From IMG/VR virus record IMGVR_UViG_3300028588_000065, positions 1 through 33,130 of that record: a stretch of DNA of 33,130 nucleotides; one strand, given 5' to 3'. The notes beneath the pieces are model-generated. The model was not told where the DNA came from. It made no database searches and saw nothing but the letters and a program-made list of their open reading frames with translations. Position 1 is the first letter of the stretch. Every line of letters starts with the position of its first letter. Of the stretch, positions 7,610 through 16,812 are shown in pieces. The stretch is from a virus (Duplodnaviria; Caudoviricetes). The position numbers and the translations under genes are program-made.

Positions 7610-8080
7610 ATGCCTGGTCACGGCCCTGCACCGAAGGATCCGAAGAAGCGCGCACGGCGCAACTCCGACCCCACCGTCGTCCGCATCCTCCCGCGTGCCG
7701 TCGTCGCGCAGCCCGAGCTGCCGACCATCTCTGTCGAGGAGGACGGCGAGCTCCGCGAGTTCACGTGGCCGGCGATCACCCGGCAGTGGTGGGACATGTG
7801 GGCGACCTCGCCGCTGTCGCTGGACTTCACCGCGACGGACTGGTCCGAGCTCCGCGACACGGCGCTGCTCCACGCCCGGTACTGGAACGGCGACATCAAG
7901 CTCGCCGCCGAGCTCCGGCTGCGCACCGCAAAGTTCGGCGCGACACCCGAGGACCGCGCGCGGCTCCGGATCACGTTCGCGCAGGCCGAGGAGGCCGAGA
8001 CGAAGACCACAGCGCGTCGCCCCAGCTCGCGTGAGCGCTTCGGCGGCACCGCACTTCCCCCGGAAGCGACGGCGAACTGA
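7610..8080 (+). CDS. terS: Terminase small subunit
   Basis: MPGHGPAPKDPKKRARRN...W...ELRLRTAKFGATPEDRARLRI actinophage TerS pattern; TGATG-coupled to terL. Confidence 0.88.
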   Translation: MPGHGPAPKDPKKRARRNSDPTVVRILPRAVVAQPELPTISVEEDGELREFTWPAITRQWWDMWATSPLSLDFTATDWSELRDTALLHARYWNGDIKLAAELRLRTAKFGATPEDRARLRITFAQAEEAETKTTARRPSSRERFGGTALPPEATAN

Positions 8081-9735
8081 TGCCGTGGCGACCGCTCGAA
8101 GGCGAGACGTTCCCGACGCTCGGCTACCACGTCGCCGACCAGATGGCCGAGTTCCTTGAGTACGTCGTCACGCGCGAGCAGCTCGAGTTCCTGGTCGCCT
8201 TCTACGAGATCGACCCGCTCACCTGCCGGCGCATCAAGACGCGCGCGATCATCCAGCGCCCGCGAGGTTGGGGCAAGTCCCCGAAGCTCGGTGCGATCGG
8301 ACTCAGCGAAGCACTCTTCGAGGTCGTCCCGGACGGGTGGGATGCGTTCGGTCAGCCCGTCGCCCGCCCGTGGATCGACTTCAAGAGCATCATCAACGTC
8401 CCGGTCACGGCGACGTCGGATGACCAGGTGCAGAACACGTGGGCACCGATGCTCGAGATGGCGCGACTCGACTCGCTCGTCAACGAGTTCGACGTCGACC
8501 CGATGGACACGTTCATCGGGATCCCCGGCGGCAAGATTGAGCCGCGCACCTCGTCCGGCCGGTCGATCAAGGGCCTCCCCGGTCAGGTCGCCGCGATCAT
8601 GGACCAGACCGAGGAGTGGGTGAAGGGCAACGGCGGTCTCCGCCTCGCGCAGAACATCCGCAACAACTCGACGAAGGCATCCGGCGTCACGATCGAGTCC
8701 CCGAACGCGTTCACCCCGGGTGAGAACTCGGTCGCCGAGGCATCGGCACGCGACTGGGACCTGATCGAGTCCGGGAAGTACCCCGACCTCGCTGCCGCCC
8801 GCCAGATTCTGTACGACCACCGCGAAGCGCCGGCGGACACGGACCCGGCGGACCGGGCGTCGCTCGAGTACGGCCTGCGGTACGCGTACGGCGACAGCTC
8901 GGACCACCCCGACGGCTGCGTCATCCACGACCCGCCGTGCGAGCCCGGCTGGGCCCCGATCCAGCGGCAGATGCTGGCGTTCCTCGACACGTCCAACGAC
9001 CCGCAGGTGCTCCGCGCCGACTTCCTCAACCAGATCACCCACGCGACCAACTCGTTCGTCTCGCAGCCCGAGCTCAAGGCGATCCAGGGGCTCGACAAGG
9101 TGATCTCTAAGACGGAACCGGTCACGCTCGGCTTCGACGGCTCGGAAGGGCGCAAGCCCGGCAAGGGCACCGCCGACTCGACGGTTCTTATCGGGTACTC
9201 CGTCACGCAGCGCCACCTGTTCAAGATCGGCGTCTGGGAGCAGCCCGACGGGCCCGCCGGCGAGGGCTGGCGACCACCCGTGCTGCAGATCGAGGCGGCC
9301 GTCCGGCAGGCGTTCAAGGACTACAACGTCGTCGGGTTCTACGCGGACCCGTCCGCGGGCTGGGCCGGCCACGTGAAGACGTGGGAGGCCGAGTACGCGA
9401 AGCGGCTCAAGGTCCGGATGTCCCGCGACGAGCCGATCCGGTGGCGGCAGAAGGACCTCGCCCGGACGACGGGCACCTTCGACCAGCTCGAGTCGGCGAT
9501 CTCCGCCGGCAAGGAGTCGATCACCTACGACGGCTCACCCGAGCTGACCTCGCACTTCATCAACGCCCGCCGCGACCGTCGCCGGTCCGGCTACGTGCTG
9601 ATGAAGCCCGAACACGACCCGGACGGCTCGAAGATCGACGCCGCCTGGGGTGCGATGTTCGCCTACGCGGCCGGCATCGACGCCCTCGGCGCGAACCTCA
9701 CCAAGAAGAAGACCGTCGCCCGCCGCATCCGCTGA
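8080..9735 (+). CDS. terL: Terminase large subunit
   Basis: Walker A RPRGWGKS; nuclease motifs LGFDGS, DST, KIDAA. Confidence 0.95.
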   Translation: MPWRPLEGETFPTLGYHVADQMAEFLEYVVTREQLEFLVAFYEIDPLTCRRIKTRAIIQRPRGWGKSPKLGAIGLSEALFEVVPDGWDAFGQPVARPWIDFKSIINVPVTATSDDQVQNTWAPMLEMARLDSLVNEFDVDPMDTFIGIPGGKIEPRTSSGRSIKGLPGQVAAIMDQTEEWVKGNGGLRLAQNIRNNSTKASGVTIESPNAFTPGENSVAEASARDWDLIESGKYPDLAAARQILYDHREAPADTDPADRASLEYGLRYAYGDSSDHPDGCVIHDPPCEPGWAPIQRQMLAFLDTSNDPQVLRADFLNQITHATNSFVSQPELKAIQGLDKVISKTEPVTLGFDGSEGRKPGKGTADSTVLIGYSVTQRHLFKIGVWEQPDGPAGEGWRPPVLQIEAAVRQAFKDYNVVGFYADPSAGWAGHVKTWEAEYAKRLKVRMSRDEPIRWRQKDLARTTGTFDQLESAISAGKESITYDGSPELTSHFINARRDRRRSGYVLMKPEHDPDGSKIDAAWGAMFAYAAGIDALGANLTKKKTVARRIR

Positions 9736-9745
9736 GAGGAGACCC

Positions 9746-11086
9746 GTGGCTACCACCCCGGCCGAATGGCTCCCGATCCTGGCGAAGCGTCTCGACGCCC
9801 GCCAGAAGCGGATCGCAACGAACCGCTCCTACGCGAACGGCAACGCCCCGATGCCCGAGATGGGCAAGAACACCCGCGAGTCGTGGCAGGCATTCCAGAA
9901 GAAGGCCCGCACGAACTACGGCGGCCTCACGTGCGAATCGCTCGGTGGACGGATGGTCCCGAACGGGGTCCGCGTCGGCACATCGACGACGAGCCCCGGC
10001 GTGCTCGCCGCGCGCCGCGTCTGGCGCGACAACCGCCTCGACGTCGTGTTCGGTGACGCGATCGCGAACATGCTCACCACGAGCGTCGGCTACCTCGTCA
10101 CCGGCGTCCGCGACGGCCGGCCGATCATCACCTCCGAGCTGCCTGAGCAGGTCATCACCGCTCCGGACCCGACGCAGCCCTGGCGCGCCCGTGCTGCGCT
10201 CAAGGCATGGCGGGACCCCGACGACGGGAAGGACTACGCGCTCGTCTGGCTCCCCAGCGTCCGGCAGCTGTTCTCTCGCAAGTCGACGAACGACAACGGC
10301 ACTCCGCAGCCGCAGGTCGCCGGCGACTGGAAGGAGGACGGCCCCGCCGAGCTCCACGCCGGCGGCGTCCCGGTGTACGTCCTCGAGAACAAGGGCGGCG
10401 TCGCCGAGTTCGAGCCGCACATCGACGTCATCGACCGCGCGAACCTCGGCAAGCTGCAGCGCCTCGTCGTCACCGCGATGCAGGCGTTCAAGCAGCGCGC
10501 CATCAAGGGCGGCCTGCCGACCCAGGACGACGACGGCAACGACATCGACTGGGCGAAGGTCTTCGACCCTGCCCCTGGCGCGCTCTGGGACCTCCCGGAC
10601 GGCATCGACGTGTGGGAGTCGGCGGAGACCGACATCCGGCCGCTGCTCGAAGGTGAGAAGACCGACGCACGCGACTTCGCGGCCGTGACGCTCACCCCGC
10701 TGTCCGTGTTCATCCCGTCCGGCGAGAACCAGTCCGCCGAGGGCGCGCAGAACGCGAACAAGGGCGAGATCCAGAAGGCGAAGAACCGCATCGCGCGGGC
10801 GACCGCACCGATGGAAGGGTCCCTCCTCGAAGCGCTCCGCGTGCTCGGCGTCGACGACGGCGAGACCGTCGAGCTGCTGTGGGAACCGCCCGAGCACATC
10901 TCATTCGGTGAGAAGACCCTGGCGGCGAAGCAGGCCAAGGAGGCCGGCATGTCGGCCCGATGGATCAAGCAGAACATCATGGGGATGTCGCCGGACGAGA
11001 TCGACCAGGACGAGTCCAACGCCACCTCCGACGCCCTGCTCACCGCGACCCTGATCGGAGCAGCCGGTGGCACTGGCAACGCTTGA
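9746..11086 (+). CDS. Portal protein (SPP1 gp6-like)
   Basis: AGGAG RBS then GTG 9746; follows terL; RTNY, AMQAFKQRAIKG motifs; ~446 aa. Confidence 0.88.
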   Translation: MATTPAEWLPILAKRLDARQKRIATNRSYANGNAPMPEMGKNTRESWQAFQKKARTNYGGLTCESLGGRMVPNGVRVGTSTTSPGVLAARRVWRDNRLDVVFGDAIANMLTTSVGYLVTGVRDGRPIITSELPEQVITAPDPTQPWRARAALKAWRDPDDGKDYALVWLPSVRQLFSRKSTNDNGTPQPQVAGDWKEDGPAELHAGGVPVYVLENKGGVAEFEPHIDVIDRANLGKLQRLVVTAMQAFKQRAIKGGLPTQDDDGNDIDWAKVFDPAPGALWDLPDGIDVWESAETDIRPLLEGEKTDARDFAAVTLTPLSVFIPSGENQSAEGAQNANKGEIQKAKNRIARATAPMEGSLLEALRVLGVDDGETVELLWEPPEHISFGEKTLAAKQAKEAGMSARWIKQNIMGMSPDEIDQDESNATSDALLTATLIGAAGGTGNA

Positions 11087-11918
11087 CCAGCTGACCGACG
11101 CGCACCAGGCGACGACGGCGAAGATCCGCGACCGGACGCTCGCCGTCACCGCCGCGCGGTGGGATGCGTCCCCGGCGTACCGGGACGCGGACATCGACCG
11201 GCTGATCTCGCAGATCCTCCCGCAGGTGCAGGCCAGCCAGCTCGCGACCGCGACGCTCACCAGCGCGTACATCGGCCAGGCTGCTCGCATCGCCGGCACC
11301 GAGGTCGCGCCGGCGACCGTCAACCGGGACGCGATCCTCGGCTACCGGGGCACGCCCTCGGCCGACGTCTACCGCCGCGGCGCGGTCACGCTGTACACGG
11401 CGCTGTCGAACGGCTCCCCGTTCGACGCGGCGGTCGCGTACGGCCTCGACCGGATGCTCACCATCGTCGCTACCGAGCTGCAGCAGGCGAAGAACCGGCA
11501 GGCGCAGCGCGCGCTCGAGGCATCCGGGTTCTACGGCTACCGCCGGGTCCTCACCGGCCTCGAGAACTGCGCGCTGTGTGCCATCGCCTCGACGCAGAAG
11601 TACTCCAAGCACGAGCTCATGCCGATCCACCCCGGCTGCGACTGCGGGGTGCAGCCGGTCAAGGAGTCCGACGGGCCCGGCACGATCCTCGACCCGGACC
11701 TGCTCGAGCGCACCCACGCGCTCATCGACCAGAAGCTCGGCGGCCCGTCCGACCGCGGTGCACGTGACCTCGGCATCGAGAAGACGTCGTCGGCCGGCAA
11801 GCCGCTGAGTGACTACACGGACCTCGTCGTGGTCAACGAGCACGGCGAGCTCGGACCGACCCTCGCGTGGCGGTCCGACAAGTTCACCAGCGCCGCGGAC
11901 ATCGCAGCGCTCACCTGA
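11067..11918 (+). CDS. Head morphogenesis/capsid maturation protein (MuF-like)
   Basis: YRRVLTGLENCALC...HPGCDC Cys/His motif; between portal and scaffold. Confidence 0.75.
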   Translation: MALATLDQLTDAHQATTAKIRDRTLAVTAARWDASPAYRDADIDRLISQILPQVQASQLATATLTSAYIGQAARIAGTEVAPATVNRDAILGYRGTPSADVYRRGAVTLYTALSNGSPFDAAVAYGLDRMLTIVATELQQAKNRQAQRALEASGFYGYRRVLTGLENCALCAIASTQKYSKHELMPIHPGCDCGVQPVKESDGPGTILDPDLLERTHALIDQKLGGPSDRGARDLGIEKTSSAGKPLSDYTDLVVVNEHGELGPTLAWRSDKFTSAADIAALT

Positions 11919-11920
11919 CC

Positions 11921-11980
11921 TCCCGCATCCGCGGGAAGTGACCGGAACGGTCAACCATCAACCCGAAACGGGAGATACCG
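11921..11980 (+). promoter_or_regulatory. Three-hairpin leader of scaffold gene with tandem CCGRAACGG
   Basis: TCCCGCatccGCGGGA, TGACCGgaaCGGTCA (11939-11953), ACCCGAAACGGGAG (11961-11974), 6 nt, ATG. Confidence 0.55.
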
Positions 11981-12472
11981 ATGTCGGACGACGACAAGAA
12001 GAAGCAGCAGGACGAGGGCGCAACGCTCGAGGAGCAGCTGCAGGCAGCACAGGCCGAAGCCGAGAAGTGGAAGACGCTCTCCCGGCAGAACGAGCAGCGC
12101 GCGAAGGACAACGCCGACAAGGCGAAGAAGTTCGACGAGCACGAAGAGGCCAGCCGCACCGAGCTCGAGAAGGCCCAGGCGCGCGCCGAGGCAGCCGAGA
12201 AGGCCATCGCGGAACGCGATGCCAAGGAGGCCGCCGGACAGCTCCGCGAGGACATCGCCAAGGAGAAGGGCTTCGCCGATCGCAAGATCAAGGCGTCCGC
12301 CCTCCGCGGCACGACTCGCGAAGAGCTCGAAGCGCACGCCGACGAACTGCTCGAGCTGATCCCCGCCCCGCCCGCCGGCCCCTCGGCCGATGGACAGGGA
12401 CAGGCCGGTCAGCAGATCGGTGAAGGCGAGCTGTCGGTCGACGACGTCGTGGCGGCAGCAACCGCCAGGTAA
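11981..12472 (+). CDS. Capsid scaffolding protein
   Basis: Charged helical protein with KWKTLSRQNE, TELEKA, LRGTTREELEAHAD; precedes capsid. Confidence 0.85.
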   Translation: MSDDDKKKQQDEGATLEEQLQAAQAEAEKWKTLSRQNEQRAKDNADKAKKFDEHEEASRTELEKAQARAEAAEKAIAERDAKEAAGQLREDIAKEKGFADRKIKASALRGTTREELEAHADELLELIPAPPAGPSADGQGQAGQQIGEGELSVDDVVAAATAR

Positions 12473-12531
12473 CCCCCGCTGGTGTTCGCCACGAACCCCA
12501 CGCGGCCATCTCAACCAACCAAGGAGGAATC

Positions 12532-13509
12532 GTGGCGAACATCTTCACGAAGGGCACCAAGCTGGCGGCAACCGCGCTGGCTCTGCTCCGCAAGACCATC
12601 AAGGCCCCCGGGCTCTTCACCACGAAGTACGGCGTCGCTGACTTCAAGGGTGCCGAGGGCGACACCATCGGCATCAAGCGCCCCGCGGTGCTCGTCGCTC
12701 GCAAGAAGGAGTGGCGCGGCGACGACGCGATCGTCATCGACAAGCTGGTGAACACGAAGATCCAGCTCACCCTGGACCAGCACATCTACAGCGCGGTGCA
12801 GCTCTCCCCCGAGGAGGAGACGCTGGACGAGGTCGACTACGTCCGCGACATCCAGGCACCGCAGGTCACCGCGGTCGCTGAGGCGGTCGCGGCGACGGTC
12901 GTCACCGCGCTCACCGGTGCGACGTTCGTCAACTCGGTGAAGTTCAACCCGAACTCCGCCGACCCGATGGAGTCGGACCCGCGCAAGGTCGCGGTCCGCG
13001 CCCGGAAGCTGTTCCAGAAGGCGCACGTGCCGGCCACCGGCCGCTACTGGCTCGTCGGTGCGGACGTCTCCGAGGCGATCGCGTCGAACGACAAGCTGCT
13101 CGAGGTCGACACCTCGGGTCTGCCGGAGGCGCTGCGTGAGGGTGTCGTGGGTCGTCTAGGCGGCTTCACCATCGTCGAGCTCGACGAGCTCGACCCGACC
13201 GCCTCGTACTTCGTGCACGAGTCGGCCGTCGCCTGGGTCGTCGTGGCCCCGGTCGTCCCGAACGGTGTCGCCAAGGGCGGCGGCGTCGCGGCCGGCAACG
13301 GTCTCGCCGTCACGCAGCTGTGGGACTACGACAGCGACCACCTGAAGGACCGTTCCGTGGTCCACGCCTTCGCCGGCGCGGCCCCGGTCACGGACCCGAA
13401 GACGAACGCTGACGGCTCCCTCGTCCTCGACGGCGACAACAAGCCGACCCTGCAGTTCGTGCGTGGCATCAAGGTCACGTACAGCACCACCGCCCCCGCG
13501 GCGTCCTGA
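12532..13509 (+). CDS. Major capsid protein (P22 coat-like family)
   Basis: AAGGAGG RBS; DFKGAEGDTIGIKRP, ALREGVVGRLGGFTIVE; highly biased codons. Confidence 0.9.
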   Translation: MANIFTKGTKLAATALALLRKTIKAPGLFTTKYGVADFKGAEGDTIGIKRPAVLVARKKEWRGDDAIVIDKLVNTKIQLTLDQHIYSAVQLSPEEETLDEVDYVRDIQAPQVTAVAEAVAATVVTALTGATFVNSVKFNPNSADPMESDPRKVAVRARKLFQKAHVPATGRYWLVGADVSEAIASNDKLLEVDTSGLPEALREGVVGRLGGFTIVELDELDPTASYFVHESAVAWVVVAPVVPNGVAKGGGVAAGNGLAVTQLWDYDSDHLKDRSVVHAFAGAAPVTDPKTNADGSLVLDGDNKPTLQFVRGIKVTYSTTAPAAS

Positions 13510-13522
13510 GAGGAGTGAGGTC

Positions 13523-14089
13523 ATGGCCGACAACGCCCTGGCAGAGTCCAACGACGTCTCGGCCCTCCTCGGCCGTGACCCCACCGCCTCCGAGACGAAG
13601 CAGATCCCCGGACACCTCCTCAAGGTGTCGGAGCTGTTCCGCCTCGAAGCCCGCCAGCAGTTCACCCGGGGCCGGTCCACCAACCGGCTCCGGGTGAATG
13701 CCGGCGCACTCACGCTCCCGCAGCGCCCCGCCCAGCTGGTGCACACGGTCGACGGCGAGCCTGGCGACCGGTTCACCCTGATCGGGCAGCGCCTCGAGGT
13801 GCCCGTACCGACCGGCACGTTCGTCGTCGTCGACTACGAGCACGGCTACGACAAGGTCCCCGACCTCGTCCGGCTGACCGTCGCCGGCATCGTCGCCCAG
13901 CTGCTCGAAGCAGACCCCCGGGCACGCGCCGGCGTCAGCCAGCGCGGGGAGACCCGCGGCCCGTTCAGCTCGCAGGAGACGTACGCGGCCTGGGCGCAGG
14001 GCGCGTCCCCCCGGCTCGCCCCCGACGACGTCCGCACCGCGCAGTCGTACCGCGTGAAGTCGTACGCCTCAATCGTGCAGGGGTACTGA
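13523..14089 (+). CDS. Head-to-tail adaptor
   Basis: RBS then ATG 13523; VDYEHGYDKVPDLV, ETRGPFS motifs; synteny. Confidence 0.75.
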   Translation: MADNALAESNDVSALLGRDPTASETKQIPGHLLKVSELFRLEARQQFTRGRSTNRLRVNAGALTLPQRPAQLVHTVDGEPGDRFTLIGQRLEVPVPTGTFVVVDYEHGYDKVPDLVRLTVAGIVAQLLEADPRARAGVSQRGETRGPFSSQETYAAWAQGASPRLAPDDVRTAQSYRVKSYASIVQGY

Positions 14090-14427
14090 TGCTCGGCGAG
14101 ACCGTCACCTGGCACCACCGCACCGACACCGGCAAGCGCGACCGGTACAACAAGCCGATCCTCGCCGACGCCGACACCCCGCTCGACGACGTACTCATCG
14201 CGCCGAACCTCGGCGACGAGGTCACCGGGGCCGCCGAGAACACCTCGAGCACCCGGATCACCCTCTACCTCCCCGCCGTCGCCGGCATCGGCTCCGACGA
14301 CGAGCTCACCGTCCGCGGCACCCACTACAAGGTCCTCGCCGACGAAGCTGACTGGTCGACCGGCATGAGCGACTGGAAGCCCGGCTCCGTCGTGCAGCTC
14401 GAGCGGAAGGACTACGTCAGTGCCTAA
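14089..14427 (+). CDS. Head-to-tail stopper
   Basis: DRYNKP, DELTVRGTHYKV motifs; synteny; TGATG coupling. Confidence 0.75.
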   Translation: MLGETVTWHHRTDTGKRDRYNKPILADADTPLDDVLIAPNLGDEVTGAAENTSSTRITLYLPAVAGIGSDDELTVRGTHYKVLADEADWSTGMSDWKPGSVVQLERKDYVSA

Positions 14428-14677
14428 ATCACGCGTCGTCCTCAACCGCCGCGGCTTCGGAGCCGTCCTCGCGTCCAAGGGCATCGAGGACCAGCTGCGC
14501 CCCCTCGCCGACGACATCGCCGCGCAGATCCCAGGCGGCGCGACCGTCACCGCGATCCGCACCGGCGTCGGCTCCTCGAACTCCCGCGTCCGCCTCCGCG
14601 TCGAGGCCGAGGTCTGGCAGCGTGCCCGGCTCATCTCCGCGATGCGCCAGGTCCTCAGCAACGCCCAGTCTCGCTAG
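14420..14677 (+). CDS. Neck/tail completion protein
   Basis: RVVLNRRGFGAVLAS motif; synteny. Confidence 0.65.
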   Translation: MPKSRVVLNRRGFGAVLASKGIEDQLRPLADDIAAQIPGGATVTAIRTGVGSSNSRVRLRVEAEVWQRARLISAMRQVLSNAQSR

Positions 14678-14685
14678 GAGGACCC

Positions 14686-15096
14686 GTGCACGGCATCGTC
14701 TACGACGACTTCCTCGCCCACCTCATCCGGCGCACCGACGCCCTCCTCACGGCCCGCAGCGAGCCGCACGCGGCCGGCGTCGAGGTCTCCGACCGGAAGT
14801 CGCCGGACAGCCGCCGCGCGGTCGTGCTGACGACGAGCCCGGGCGGCGGCACCAGCAACACCGTGCGGACCTCCTACGTCACGGTCGACGTCATCACCGA
14901 CGACCAGGGCGACACGGTCGACCTGATCAACCTCGTCCTCGCGCTGGCGACCTCGCGCGGTGCCGGCGGCATGGTCGACGGCTCCCCGATCACGTTCGCC
15001 GAGGTCAACGGCGGTCCGAACGCGGATCCCGCGGCGGACGGCTACTTCAAGCAGACCGCGCAGCTCGAGCTGCGACATCGCGGTCGCAGCCTCTGA
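14686..15096 (+). CDS. Tail terminator protein
   Basis: AGGAGG RBS; size and position immediately before major tail gene. Confidence 0.7.
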   Translation: MHGIVYDDFLAHLIRRTDALLTARSEPHAAGVEVSDRKSPDSRRAVVLTTSPGGGTSNTVRTSYVTVDVITDDQGDTVDLINLVLALATSRGAGGMVDGSPITFAEVNGGPNADPAADGYFKQTAQLELRHRGRSL

Positions 15097-15107
15097 CCCC
15101 CCATCTC

Positions 15108-15132
15108 GAAGCCCTGCCACCGGCGGGGCTTC
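15108..15132 (+). terminator. Hairpin (terminator-like or mRNA stabiliser) before major tail gene
   Basis: GAAGCCCTGCC acc GGCGGGGCTTC, weak pyrimidine tail. Confidence 0.45.
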
Positions 15133-15205
15133 TCCCGTTCCTCCCGCCGAGCAGGGACCCCAGGGGCACACGCCCACCACACCACAACTGGAAGGAAGGG
15201 CCCTC

Positions 15206-15766
15206 GTGTCCCTCGAAGCAGAGAACGTCCGCGTAGCGGTCACGGGCGCGGTGTACAGCGCCCCGAAGACCGCCACGCGGCCCACCAGCGCCACCAGCGC
15301 GCTGACCGGCTACATCGACCACGGCTACATCGGCGACGGCGGTGTGACCGAAACCCGCGACCGGTCGACGAACCAGATCCGCGCGTGGCAGAACGGCGCG
15401 CTCGTCCGCGAGCCCGTCACCGAGTCCTCGATCAAGTACCAGTGCATCCTCCTCGAGACCAAGAAGGAGAACATCGAGCTCTACTACGGCGCGAAGGTCG
15501 CCGACAACGGCTCGATCAAGATCAACCCGTCGAAGACCGGCGGCCGTCGTCGGTTCGCGGTGGACGTCATCGACGAGGACGACCTGATCCGCGTCGACGT
15601 CCCGGACGGCGAGATCACCGAGGTCGGCGACCAGATCTACGTCAACGGCGAGCCCATCGGCTACGAGATCACGATCACCGGCTACGAGATCACCGACGAG
15701 GAGACGGGCGAGTCCTACTCCGCCGTCAAGTGGTACGGCTCCCTCGACACCACCGCGGGGGCCTGA
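15206..15766 (+). CDS. Major tail tube protein
   Basis: GTG 15206; NVRVAVTGAVYSAP, GYIGDGGV, IRAWQNGALVR, GEPIGYEITITGY motifs. Confidence 0.9.
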   Translation: MSLEAENVRVAVTGAVYSAPKTATRPTSATSALTGYIDHGYIGDGGVTETRDRSTNQIRAWQNGALVREPVTESSIKYQCILLETKKENIELYYGAKVADNGSIKINPSKTGGRRRFAVDVIDEDDLIRVDVPDGEITEVGDQIYVNGEPIGYEITITGYEITDEETGESYSAVKWYGSLDTTAGA

Positions 15767-15769
15767 GAC

Positions 15770-15994
15770 ATGGCCGCCGCGAAGACGATGCACGTCCGCA
15801 ACATGCGGACGGACGAGATCCGGGAAGTCACGCCGGAGCAGCGCGAGGTCCAGGACAAGGGCATCTGGGTCCTCATCACCGGCGAGGACGTCAAGTCGAC
15901 GCCCCCGCCCGCCACCGCCGAGTCGAGCGACAAGCCCGACGCCAGCACGGCGACCCCCAAGACCACCTCGAAGGCGTCCGCGCCCAAGGAGTGA
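15770..15994 (+). CDS. Small hypothetical protein with low-complexity tail
   Basis: 74 aa ORF with phage codon usage, 3 nt after major tail stop. Confidence 0.65.
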   Translation: MAAAKTMHVRNMRTDEIREVTPEQREVQDKGIWVLITGEDVKSTPPPATAESSDKPDASTATPKTTSKASAPKE

Positions 15995-16000
15995 CCAACC

Positions 16001-16032
16001 GGTGTGCCGGGGCGCTCGGGCCCCGGCACACC
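16001..16032 (+). terminator. 13-bp perfect hairpin between tail tube and chaperone genes
   Basis: GGTGTGCCGGGGC gctcgg GCCCCGGCACACC; no U-tract. Confidence 0.5.
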
Positions 16033-16075
16033 TCCTACCCCCTCCGAGCACTCCCACCGAGCTAGGAGAACCACC

Positions 16076-16408
16076 ATGGGCGAAACCGCCACCAAGGCCC
16101 TGCAGATCAAGGCCAAGTCCCGTCCGCCGCTCGTCGTCGAGTACGACGGCACCGAGTACTCGCTCGCCGGCCGTATCCCGGCCGAGATCATGACGATCCG
16201 CGCGCAGTACAAGAAGCCGCGGAACCCCGAGAAGAAGGTCCAGGAGGAGTGGCAGCGCGAACTCGGCGTCGCCACGATGGACAAGTTCCTCGAGCTCGTC
16301 CTGCCCGAGGACTTCCGCGCCGTCGTCGACCTCGAGGACATCGAGACGGTCTTCGAGCACTGGGCGGAGCACGTCGGCCTGGGGGAATCGAAGGACTCCG
16401 ACAGCTAG
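16076..16408 (+). CDS. Tail assembly chaperone (gpG-like)
   Basis: AGGAG RBS, ATG 16076; position before tape measure; slippery site at end. Confidence 0.85.
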   Translation: MGETATKALQIKAKSRPPLVVEYDGTEYSLAGRIPAEIMTIRAQYKKPRNPEKKVQEEWQRELGVATMDKFLELVLPEDFRAVVDLEDIETVFEHWAEHVGLGESKDSDS

Positions 16409-16812
16409 CGGAGTCCTACCCCGACGAGCTCGTCTGGGAGCTCTACCAGCTGGGCATCGACGTCGAAGACATCGGCGACGACGAGGGGTCCACCGAAGAG
16501 CAGATCGCGAAGGCGGTCGACCACGTCAAGGTCGACCGCCTTCTGCGTGTCGCGACCCGCGACACCGCCTCGGTGCTCTTCGCCGCGCAGCACGGATGGG
16601 ACTTCCCCGTCAGCCGCGAGTGGATCCAGAACGCGGACTCGATGGACCAGTTCGCCGCCGCCCAGTGGACCAAGGGCAGCCCCCGCCCCAAGCCATACCC
16701 GCGCCCCTGGCCGAACGCCAACACCAACCGCCTCGGCAAGACCAACCTCACCCCTGCAGCAGCGCGGGAGGTGCTGCGAAGAAACAGGGAGGGCCTGACC
16801 CATGTCGACTGA
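16076..16812 (+). CDS. Tail assembly chaperone, -1 frameshift extension (gpGT-like)
   Basis: G-GGG-GAA at 16381-16387; -1 frame open to 16812 with PKPYPRPW motif. Confidence 0.85.

Noticed and set aside
7618-10897. Long antisense ORFs over terminase and portal
   Set aside because: Same GC artefact; + strand genes have clear motifs and coupling
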